Part shown: piece by piece, positions 12,956 to 25,830 of the stretch
Layout of the letters: every line of letters begins with the position of its first letter
Position numbering within the stretch: the first letter of the stretch is position 1
Assembly (NCBI RefSeq): GCF_009834535.1
Contig: NC_045696.1
Location: 82,896,001 to 82,960,000, forward strand
Source: Camelus ferus
Lineage: Eukaryota
Reading direction: 5' to 3'
DNA length: 64,000 nucleotides
Notes under the pieces: model-generated
Databases searched by the model: none
Seen by the model: the letters and a program-made list of their open reading frames with translations, nothing else
What the model was told of the DNA's origin: nothing
Position numbers and translations under genes: made by a program

Positions 12956-15900
12956 TGATCAGGAGAGCGGCCGCGCACAGCCGTGGCGGGGGGTGCTTTG
13001 CACAAGCTGTTTATGGTCTCATCCAGTCGGGCTATTTTCTATTCCAAGACAATCTTTTATAACCAGATCCCTGGTATTTTGTCTGTGATCCCAGGGTGGG
13101 GGGGGTGTTTTCTTTGAGATGAAATCAATAACAGGGAGAGAAACTAGACGTCGTTAAACAATGTAAAGGAAGCCTCCCCAGGTTGTGGGATTTCGTAGAG
13201 ACAACCAGATTTGTCTCCCACTGAAAAACGTGTGTGGCTCTGTAACACAGCAAATAGCAGATGCCGCTAAACAAGATGATGTGACAAAAACCTGTTCTGG
13301 CTCAGAAAGAGCTAGAAAAGCCCCACCTGGTATGTAGGCTTAGGACTGCGTGTATGTGTGTGAGTGTGTGGTGGGGTGGGCGGAAATGCCCTTTAATCTG
13401 CCCTTTGTTGCTGATCACAGGTTGTGGTTCGGTAGTTCTCAGTTACTTGAAAAGCAGAACATTTTCACTTTGATGCTGGACGTGCTGCTTCTCTAAGCCA
13501 CTGCACAAAAGCAAATTTACAGGCAGTGTGTTTTCAGGGGACAGCCAACCTGACCACCTACTTAGAACATCCCTGTGCAGAGCACTTGAGTGACACACTT
13601 CGAATAAAGTACGACGCAGCCCTCATTCACTTCTTCCTCTGTCCACCCACCCCTGTTCTCTGTATTGTGCTGAAAAATTTCATATGGAAAATCAGTTGGT
13701 CTCAGTCCATCAGGGCAATGACTCCGGACTTCTTTTGATCCAGTGCTCGGCTGGGCTTATAAACACAGTGACTCACTGAGTTGTGTTACAAACTTCAAGA
13801 CAGGTTTTGGATCCAGATAAGCGTAGACCGGGATGAAGCATACTTAGTAGCTGGCAGAACTTCTCACTTGGGAACCCTTGCAAAACAGTTTTTCTGACAA
13901 ATACTTGATGGTTTGTAGTAGGCACAGGAGACACTACTACAGGACCTGATGGAAAAAAACTAATTTTCAGTGCCAGCGTGGAAATGCCAGAGACTAACCG
14001 TCCTCCTTTTCGCCTTGACACAATCCTCTTTTATGCTTCCAAGCACCGAGGGAGCTTTTCTTTCCGTTTCCATTATGAGTCCATTTTGCTCATAGGTTCT
14101 TCTGTTCCCCGGGTGGAGTGAAGAGGACTAGCAGATAAACAAAAGGGTGCTTTAGTCTCCCATGAGGAAACTCTGTGGAAAGTCATGGGAAATGAAGTAT
14201 ACAATGGAAATTTTAGACTTCTTGTCTCCTAAAGATATTCCTGACTCCAGGTCGTAATGCGCTAAAAATGTGCTTGAAGTGCTACAGGCACACATAATTC
14301 ATTTATTTCTGACTTTGCAGAAATAAATTGTGATCAATTTATTATATGTTTTGGTGAAAAAACGGGAGGAAGAGACCACAGTGAATGATGATCACCCACT
14401 TCATGCTTTCTCTATTATTTAAAATAAATGTCAGAAAATACGGATTCCTACCATCTAAGATTCTGGGATCTGGAATTTTAATTGGGTTGAAATCAACTGC
14501 TTCGCTTTAAAGCCCTATAGGGTGTCCCTTTCCAATCGGATTGTGCAAACTGTTTCCCATGAATGCATTTTCAGTAATTATTGGTAAATTTAAATAGCAG
14601 ATGGCAGTCTTCAAATACAAAATCTGACAGAGAGCTGTGGGGTAATTATGAATAATAGCCGTGTAATTTCAGAACAAAAGAGGAGTTGGTGTGGAGGCTT
14701 TGGAGTGGAGGAGGTTCACCTAGAGTTGATATCTATTTCTCACCAGAAGGCCACACACCACGATTTACCCCCACTGGTGTGTTTATGACAACTGTCTCTT
14801 ATTACAGTGTACCGCCAAGCTTGCGCCCAGAGTCACCAGTACTAAGGTAATTACTCACTGCCTTTACAGAAACCTCCAGCCCTTCCCAAATAGAAACCAC
14901 ATGCTCTAATAGGCTGAGTATATTCAAAATACCTCTTAATTTGTTTAATAAGTAGAAAAATGCAATGTTAACTGCTGGCTAATTCCTTATTACTGAGAAA
15001 ATTACAGTGGAGTATAGACTTCAACATCAACTGAGCCACTTACCTGGAGGCCTGGTGGTTTGTGGTGGGGCCAGGCCAGGCCTTCAAGTGAGAAAAACAA
15101 AGCCTCTGCCTAAGGAGACATCCCAGATTCTACGTTCCCGAGACCTGACACAAACTCTGTTTGTCGGTGTAGCGAAGCATATGATCAGGAAAGTCAAATG
15201 CAACTCTGTTGCTTTCATATACAACTCTTGATTTTCCTAAACCCATCAGCTCTAAGAAGGGTAGAGAGCAACATTGCCTTGCCAGAAAAATCACAAATCT
15301 TTCAAAAACTTACACCCATTTGAATACCCATCAAGATATTTTTTCAATGTCTTTTAATGCCGCTTTCTTAACGAACACATGTTTATAATTCCATCTACAT
15401 TTTATTTACTATTTCTTGTTCCTGCTCATAGCTGAATTAGTATAACTAGTGAAAGTCTCCTGTTTCTACCCTCTAGATCATATGGCTTTAATTAATGTAT
15501 CAAAGAATTTAAATAGTATGCATATTTACTGTGTATGGTTAACTAGTCTGTACTCTGGTATGTATATTCCAGTTGAATAATTTGAAAAGAAATCACTCGC
15601 ATCTTCTCTTCCCGTTAAAACGCACGCTACAGCCTCAGCAATGTTATGACTCATCCCACAGTTGGAAGCTCGTTTAGCATTCCTAAGCACATGGATATGT
15701 CTGGCAATGCATTTTAATTGTTAGTGGTGAAAGAAATAGATATGGAACCACTTGGTACTTCCTGTTTGGTGTTGTGTGGGATAACCCAGGGTCTGGATGA
15801 GCTTTGCGTGACTGAAAGTCTATAAAATCTTTGAATTTTTTTTTTTAATTGTTATTGTTTAGACTTAGGAGTGCAGCCATTCTCTACTTAAAGGCAGTTA

Positions 15901-17142
15901 TCACATGAAAGAAATAAATGTTACATTTTTGTCTTCAATTAAATTTCTCATATAAAATTTGTTTCGACAATTACCAACAAGGCATATCACATTTTTGTGT
16001 GTATTAAACATGCACAGAAGCATTAAACTCATGCAGAAAGTGGACTCATCTTTACTAAAGTAATGTAAAAAATGTGACGCTTAGGAAATGAATCCTATAA
16101 TCCGGCTGGACTGTGAAGTGAGTGGGATTCCTCCCTAGCAAGATTCTTCAGGGTTATGGAGCTCCGTCTTAAAATATTCTGACATCTGTTCACACGTATG
16201 TGAGGAAGATGTTCTACTTTTTTGGCAAATTCTCGGGGAAAGGGTGATTTCCCAGCCACTCCCACTGCTGTACTCTCACTGGATGAGAGCATTCCATGCA
16301 CTCTCCCCTGCTTACCGTAGTTGGCTGTGCCACACAGAAGTCAAGCCCCAAGATAACCAGGGAAGATATGACATCAAGTGGACATGTTTCCCAAGGACAG
16401 GGTTTCATAAATGCAGGAAGGTTAGCACAACCGCTGGTGTGAGGGGAAGTCAGAGGACGTGATCCTAGTTCATGGGAACCAGCAATGCAGGATGGGCTAC
16501 ATTCAATTTAGTTTCCTTTGCAGGCTTAAAATAGAGCCATTGTAAATTATGTCAGTCTTTCTCAAATCATGAAAATGATTGTTAAAAATGTCTCAGAATA
16601 CACAATGTGCATTGTTGTGTGGCTTTGATGTGTGAATGATGAGAGCATATGATATAATACGAATTAAATAATGGTAGAGCAGTCACAGGCTTTTCTCCCC
16701 AAGGGGAGAGGGAATAAAGGTGAAGTTTCTGGTCGAGGGAAAGGCTGTTTTGTTTTGTTCTGGTACCTGCAATATAGAATTCTGTCAATGGTCTAAAATT
16801 TTAAGGGGATTCCTGTTCTGTTTCATGTTTAGTACATCTTGAGAGTTTAATTTTAAAGATTCTGTTGGTGTAGTGATTGGGTGGGAAATCAACGCATGCT
16901 GGAATTTGACTTTTTAATCAATATTTAAATACACAAATATGATGCAAAATATTATGCAATGGGGATGACAAAATATTTATATATATATGAAATATTTGTG
17001 CTGTCTCAAGACATTTGTCAGGTTGGATGCCTTGCTTTGGAATCTAGTGAAATGGGGTTTTCTGTGTTTGGAGCACCCAGATTGGTGCCTCCAACATCTT
17101 TCCCTGGCTTCCTAATTGACATTTGGGGTAAACCAATTGTGA

Positions 17143-18564
<1,422 letters not shown>

Positions 18565-20039
18565 TAAGGGTGGGTGGACACCGCTGAATGTGGACAGACC
18601 TAGGAGAGGTAGTTTTTATACTAGAAAATTACAGCTTCTAACACACCGTTTTTATTATTATTATAAAGCAGAGAGTAAAGTTGTTTGATCTAGTGAATTC
18701 ATGTTTTTGTTCAGAAAGTCAGCTCATTAGGTTTGGACTTATTTTTGGATGTCTCTGAATTTGGGGTTTTGGAATAAGCCCACAGAGTTCTTTCCCTCGA
18801 CAATAAATTTATTTTTAAACACATTTTTTTAAGTGGAAAATATGGGAAAGTCATATATAAGGCAAGTTGTCAAGTGGCGGAAGAATGAGGCTCCTGAAGG
18901 ATTAATGCAAATATGTGTGGGCACTGACATGGGTCGGGCTATTTGGAATAGGGTGGGACATAGAACAGCAAGAGTTTACTCTTGGTAAACCTACCAGCAC
19001 ATCCTTAATAAGTACTGGTCCTATTCTGTTTCTAAAGAAGTCTCTTAGGAGTCCCATGTAAGTGAAATGTTAATCACAGAAATGCTTTGTGTGTAATGTG
19101 AGCACTCAGCTTAAAAAACATGTCTCTGTTTAATGCCTTTATTATTTTGTTTCCTTTGATGCATCAAAAAATTTTTTATGGGGGAGGGGAAATAAATGCT
19201 TAATGAAAAGCTTCTTAGGCAGTCCTCAGAAACACTCACTTGACCAATCAGAAGGATTTCGATTTTTAAAACTAGTTTACTTCAGTGTGTGACTGACAAT
19301 AATTATGCTTATTATGCATTTGAAATATTACCAAGCATTTTCACGTCTACTTTCTCATTTAAGTCTTGGACATTGTCAAGAGTTAATGGAAAGTGTGGAT
19401 ACTTTTTTTATTGGACTTATTTAAGCTGGGAGTGTTTGATATTTCTGACTGATTCTTTTTTTTTTTTAAAGACAATTTTGTTCAATTCCTTCATTCAGCA
19501 ACATTTATTGAGTTCCTGTTACTTAACAGGTAACAGAGAGGCAAACGCTTCACTTAAAACCCTTTCTCTACTTTTATTATCTCCAAGATGCTAACCAAGA
19601 AACGTTGTCAGTATATTAAGGACCACCCCCACTTGAACATGACATAGAAAAGGACAATACAGAGATGCCTCAGAGCCACCATATTTAGGCATTTTTTTTC
19701 ACTTATTATATTTTAATTTCTGCGGCAGTCCCTTTACAGAGAAAGAAAAAGAAAAACAGTTCTTCCATATTTTGTGTGTAGCTTGTATGTTACGCATCGC
19801 CAGTAAGGTTGTATTTCCAACTCAGTGATGGATCTCAGTCCTCCATGAAGAGAGTTTCTCAGACTTTCTGAGACCCTCCCAATGGCAATGGGCTTCCAGT
19901 TCCTCCACGTGCCCATTCCACTCTTTTCCACTCACTCCTAGATTTCCTCTTGCTTACTCTAATCTTGTTTTCTCTCTGGTATTTCAGTCTCAATTAAGGC
20001 TTTAGGCATGTTATTTCACCAAATTCATGAGAGACCTAA

Positions 20040-20200
20040 AGTCAATTCTAGTGTAAGACACGGGTTGAAAGTTCAGCTCCCCCATGTCTTAAACTCCTTT
20101 TTCATCCATGAAATAGGGATAAGAGCACCTATTTCAATAAGTGAAATAGTATGTGCAAAACATAGCACATATAAAATCTCAAGATGTGGGAGCTGCTCTT
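20040..20200. mobile_element. MIR SINE fragment
   Basis: ttcatccatgaaatagggataagagcacctatttca...gtatgtgcaaaacatagcaca. Confidence 0.6.
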
Positions 20201-20965
20201 ATTCATTTTGATTCTATTTTTAAAAGCATACTTATTTAATGGTTTTTTAAAGGAAATTTCCAGTAGTTGGTGAAAGAAATCAATTCAGTCCATGATGTCA
20301 TTTCCTATATGCTTAAGAGAAAATAGAATGGTAAACATTTCTAAAGCAGAAGGGATAAATAGATAAGTTGTATAATGCCTCTCCCTACCTGCAAACAGCT
20401 CCTCATCCTCTTTCTACCAATCCCATTTCACCTACTCTGTTTATCAGCAGAAGCATCCAAAAGAACACGCCCGTCCTTCAGAGTGGCTAGCAGGGTGTAT
20501 CGCATGCTTAGACGCTCTCTTGCTGTCACTCACAAACATAGGAGAAATATAATGACTACTTAAAGGAGCACCTTCTTGGTAGAAAATGACTTTAATTTTC
20601 AAAGTGAACCCTGTCCTTATGATTTTAAACTTAAAGCAGTTTTTATCTACACTTGAAATGGAAAGGTACAAATTTGTGACCAGTGCCTCCGATTTCATGA
20701 CTACATTTTTTTTTGCATTTCCTTATGATTATTATTACTAGCCATTCAATAGGATTTTTCCATTATCAAAGGACCTCCTTTCTTGGAGTGCCTAGAAGTG
20801 CCATGAGTATTCTTCAAGAAACGAATAGATGTCCTTATATTTTTATTTTGTGCTTCCCAGCAATCTACCATTTGCTTTATTGTTAGCTGTTTTAAATGTC
20901 CATGATTATGCAATGATTGATACAGGAGACTGATTCATCTCCAAAATCTAATTTTAACCTTTCAG

Positions 20966-21053
20966 AGTAGAGAAAAGAAAACTAACTGACCCACTTGAAG
21001 CTTTAAAAGAGAAATACTTGAGACCGTCTCCAGGATTCCTATTTCACCCACAA
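20966..21053 (+). CDS. MECOM: MECOM coding exon (88 nt)
   Basis: Acceptor cctttcag; donor CAA|gtaagt; [29 protein letters not shown]. Confidence 0.97.
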
Positions 21054-23439
21054 GTAAGTATTTTGAATTTGAGACTTCAAGCTTGTAAACTAACTTGTTG
21101 ATCCTGAAAAGCAGGTGCAATGAAATGAAAGAAATCTTCAGAACATTAGGATTTCCTCTGACGCTGGTGTGGAAGAACACAGGAAATTCTAGCAGAATTA
21201 AAATCCAAACTCTTTAAAGAAAAAGTAATTAACACACGTGTGAAAATAACATAGTTTTGGTGTTAAATTATTCTCTACTAACTGCTTATTGAGCCAAAGC
21301 ATATTTTAGCTTGAGCAAAATTCATCTAAGAAATTAAATATTGAAGCCGTCTTTCGTGTTTAAAAACTTGTGATAGTAAGAAATAGATCATACTGTGATT
21401 TGTCCCAAACTCCTGAGGGTCGTTCATGTTCTTTTAGTGCTCAGATAAAAACAGGAAATGAGTCTACCTGACAAGCTGTTACCATAGAGGGTGAAGGAAT
21501 TTATCTAGAGACCACTGGGCATTCCAGCAAAGTTCTGTAATTGCACAAGAATTCACCACAATACACAGAGCTATTTGCCGAATGGAGTTGTATCCATTTA
21601 TCAAAAGCGTACAGTCTCTCATTGCAAGGAAAATACAAAGCAGTATTATCTAACTGGTTCATCTTTATGTCCCTACTTATTTGGTCATTTTTTTAAAAAA
21701 CTGATTTATGTATCAATCAAAATGTGGAGAATTGTATTGAAAAAAGAGATACATAAACATCTTGAATATAGTTTCTTAAGTGATATTTTATTTATTTTTT
21801 ATTTACTTATTTTTAAGGTTATAAGCTCTGGTCTTTATAGATAGTAAGCAGCATTTTTATGAAAATGCTTGAAGACAGAGTAAACTAGTTTGTTCTGTTT
21901 CAATATACTTAAACCAAAAATTATGCTCCTCTATAAAATTGATGGAATTTTATGCAAGATGTCTTATAGAAAGTTATGAGGTAGTTAAATCATCCTGGGA
22001 TCTGATTCTTACCCCCAACCTTCACCCCCACCTTCTCTATTTTCTCTCCTTTTTTCACTTTTTAAAGTACCTTCCCAAATTCTGGACAACAGAGTATGAC
22101 AGCTGAAATACCATATCCTGGGTTAGCTGGAGAAGTCTATCATTGCTCAAAACTTCTATTTCAAACTGAAAAAATATATGTGATTTAGTATTAAAAGGGG
22201 TAGAAACATTCCAGCTAGTACTCATTTTACACAAGAAGACTAAGGAATGATATCATTTATTAAATTACTTTATGGTAAAGAAGCAAGTTCTAAAATAGCA
22301 ACTATCAGGTACTTACATTCCATATTTAGGTTGATCTAAATTGGATACTGTCTAATTAAATGCATTTATAAGATATTATATAGTTAACCACATTTAATTA
22401 CAGCAAATCAAGTTGTTTTCATATTCTAATGATCTTTAAAATCTATTAACTAATCATTTCAAAATTAAGTGCTACGGGTACTTGGTATAAGGGAGAAAAA
22501 AAAAAAAAAAAACCACTGGGATTCAGTGTCTTTGAGTGACTCGGGCTACCTGGCTCTTAGTTTCATTACATGTAAGATGAGAGATTTTGGTGTAAGGTCT
22601 CTATCTTCTCTGAAATTCAAAGATTTCTAGCTAGCCAAGGTAAATTTACTGGTTCATAAGATGGGCAATGTTGTCTACCAATAAATTTACATGTGCATGC
22701 AGCTATTATAAATATAGTACATACATATTTTTAATCAAATAATGTTAGAAAATCTGTTCTGTTTTAATATTCCAAAAGTTAATGAAGGATCACAAAGGAG
22801 GAGGCATGTGTACAGTGCTTGGAGAGCAGCAATCTCTCACTCAGATCTTTGCAAACGTGCCTGTGGGAGCACAGCGGTAGAGCATTTCCTTCCCGCCCCA
22901 GAACGGCACGTCTTGCTGTTGAGGGACTGCCTGTTGCTGCATGTTGCTATTAGAACAAGACCCAATGGTGATAATCAAAATATTTAACACATTGTATGTC
23001 ACGACTGCCAACCAATCAGAATGGACTCCTGCCATCCTGGAAGCCCTCCTGAACCAGCTGTTAATGATGCAGTTGCTGGCTGGTGGGCTGTCTCAGGGGT
23101 CTTTTGGGAAGAGGCCAGGGCAGTAGGAGGACAGTCAGGGTACTTGAGGGCAGAGGCTGTTTACCAACGACTACAGAGATAAATCATTATTTTTGCAGCC
23201 ATCATGGCTGTTTTCGTGTGTAACGGATGAATATCACTGGGATACAGGTGTTAAAGAATGTTGCCTGGGAGTAGCTCAGGTCATGCAGTTTTCATCAAGC
23301 CTTCAGACCAAACTGTCGGTTCTTTCAGAAGATCTGCCTCCAGGGTTCTGAAGTTTCATCAGAACTTCTTTGTTCTTTCTAGTACTCTATCAGTTTCATC
23401 CAGCTTCCCACAAAAAAACAAATAAAAGCAAAGAAAAAC

Positions 23440-23680
23440 TGCCTAGGATTTGGGGCCAGAAATAACTGGTTTACAACTGGGTTTACTACTTATTAGCAAG
23501 AATGCTTCAGTTTTGAGCAATGTAGTTCCTCTCTCCAAGCCTTCTCTGTCACCGTAACAGGAACACCCTTTCCAGTCTTACCAGGGGAGCTGCAAGGATC
23601 GGCCTTCACGTATATAATATGTTTAGCGTTGTGCTTGGCATGTGGAAGGACCTAGATGAGGAAGAGCTCTTAGTATTATT
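23440..23680. mobile_element. MIR SINE
   Basis: tttactacttattagc...ttgagcaa...ctctccaagcct...tgcttggcatgtggaagg. Confidence 0.55.
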
Positions 23681-25803
23681 GGGTGCAGAAGTATTCCACT
23701 TTGAATATAAAGCAGTGTCAGTAAAATACCCTCCTGCCATCCCCTGAGGCCAGTTTCTTTGGCGGGGTTATACCAGCTACTTGGAAAGTTGCTTACTGTG
23801 TTCTTGGTGCTGCCTTGTTGGGCAGCAATAAGGGTGGGACAGAGCAAAGTGGAAGGGCTTGCCTCAGCTCCCAGGGCTTGCCATGATCTTGTAGCTAGAT
23901 AAGTGCTTAGAAAAGACCATTCAGTACTTCATTTTTCACTTAAAGCATATTGAAGCAAATCATGTGGTCCCTCTGGGGCTTTTGTATCTTCTTCTTCAGA
24001 ATGAGAATAAAACCTATCCTATCTATTCCTCAGGGTTATTATAATAATAAAGAGGTGCCCAGATGTTCTCAATGCCTTAGGGAAAACATATAAATAGATA
24101 GATATTTAAATACTTGGTAGTGGCAGTCTCTAGGCAAGCTTGATTTTACAATTTCTGTTTGTTTTTGTATTCTGTCTCCCCTCAACCACCCACCCGTTAC
24201 ACAATTCCTAATCGATGAAAGGTGAACACCTCAATAGATATTTGTTAAATTTTATTGAAAGATGAGTAGGTCATCTTGCTGCCTTTTGGAATAATAATAT
24301 ATATTTTAGAAGTTCTTGTCAAAAATACCTAAAACACGTAGGAAGGAATACATACATCAAAATCAAAAGATACATGGTAGTTTTTTTAATCATCCTCAGG
24401 GTCTAAATTCCTCTCAGCTCAGTTCTTACAGAAGTATGTTTGCTCTATCGGGCCACTAGAGGACTATTTAGCCTCCTATTTTTCTCTTATAACTAAGTTA
24501 GTTTAATATAAGGGTAAACTGAGCACTGTAGAGGTTCTCCCTGACTATGTGGTTGAAAATTGCTTGTGGAGTCTTAGACTGTAATTTTGAAAAGAAGATG
24601 ACAGCCAGAAGGAGGTGAGATGGATTACTGTGTGATCTTTGGAATGTCCATTTCATTGGGTACTTTGCATTTGGGGTACTTTGCATTCACACTGAAAGCT
24701 CATTTGAATTGCCTTAGAAATCATTTGGCAATTACACTATTATAAAACTGGCTATTATTCTTTAGTTTGATTTTCATATACTTTAAATATTATTTTTAGT
24801 TTTTTAAGTATTTTACTGTGAAATGTTTGGCTTTGTGTAGATCTACAACAGAGACTCTGTTTTACTTCCATTTCTGTCCGTTATTCTTTTATTTTTAATT
24901 TGCTTCCTTTTAAAGTGTACCTGTTACTGCATCCCAAGAAACTGGGAAAAAGTTAGTCTTATTTCAAGTCATTATTTATATATTGATGTGAAAATCACTA
25001 AGTCTTTTGCCCTTCATCTTCTATTTTGCTTTCAACAAGTGTTTCTCGTGTTAGATTTCTTCTGCAATAGAACTTTCATCCTTAAAAACTATTTATCTTC
25101 CTTATAAAAGATACTGTAACTTAAGAAATCAAGATATGTCCCCTTTAACCAAGCAAAATGTTATTTTTAAAGATGTAACATTTACATTTCCTGGAAGAAC
25201 TTCTAACTCACTGAAGTTTCATCCAGTGATTCTTGTCATAAATTGTCATAAATAAGTAGATACTTGTAGTTCTTTTAATTAATGTCCTTAGGTGTTCTGA
25301 CTACTGATGGTCTGAATCCCGTGCTAATAGAAGTCAAAAAGTGTATTACGCTTTTCTTCCTTAATGATTCACATTTGAGTAAATACCTTATTTTCTTTGT
25401 TATTAACATTATAAAAATGCAAGAAGCTAGATTTTTGCAAGAAATTGCTTAATTTTAGTTATTAAAGTAAAATTTAGGAATCTTGTTTTGCAGTGAGTAG
25501 AAACAAATTAAAAGGAAGCATCTATTTTGCTATTTAGGATTTGGTAGTATGTAGTGCATAGTTTCTTAGGAAAAAAATATTCTGGTTTAAATCCTTGAAT
25601 CTAAAATTTAATTTAGGTAAATAGAGGAAATTCAGCAGTGTTCTAAAAATATTTAATTTTCATTGCCAAAGCTTTTACTCAAGATATAGTTACATGATAA
25701 GCAAAAATTACTTAGTATACATGTTAATTTCTCAAAGGATAGATTGCAATAAAGATACTGATACAGAAGTAATTTTTTGTTTTTGTTTCAATTTTGCTCC
25801 CAG

Positions 25804-25830
25804 TTCCAACTGCCTGATCAGAGAACTTGG
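25804..25830 (+). CDS. MECOM: MECOM 27-nt alternative microexon (FQLPDQRTW, the Rp9 segment)
   Basis: Acceptor ttttgctcccag; donor TGG|gtaagt; phase 0/0, nine codons. Confidence 0.95.

Noticed and set aside
16244..16462. 72-aa intronic ORF as a possible in-frame cassette exon between ZF5 and ZF6
   Set aside because: The nearby acceptor (cccag, 16255) entered in phase 1 reads a different frame that hits TAG; no phase-compatible splice pair found
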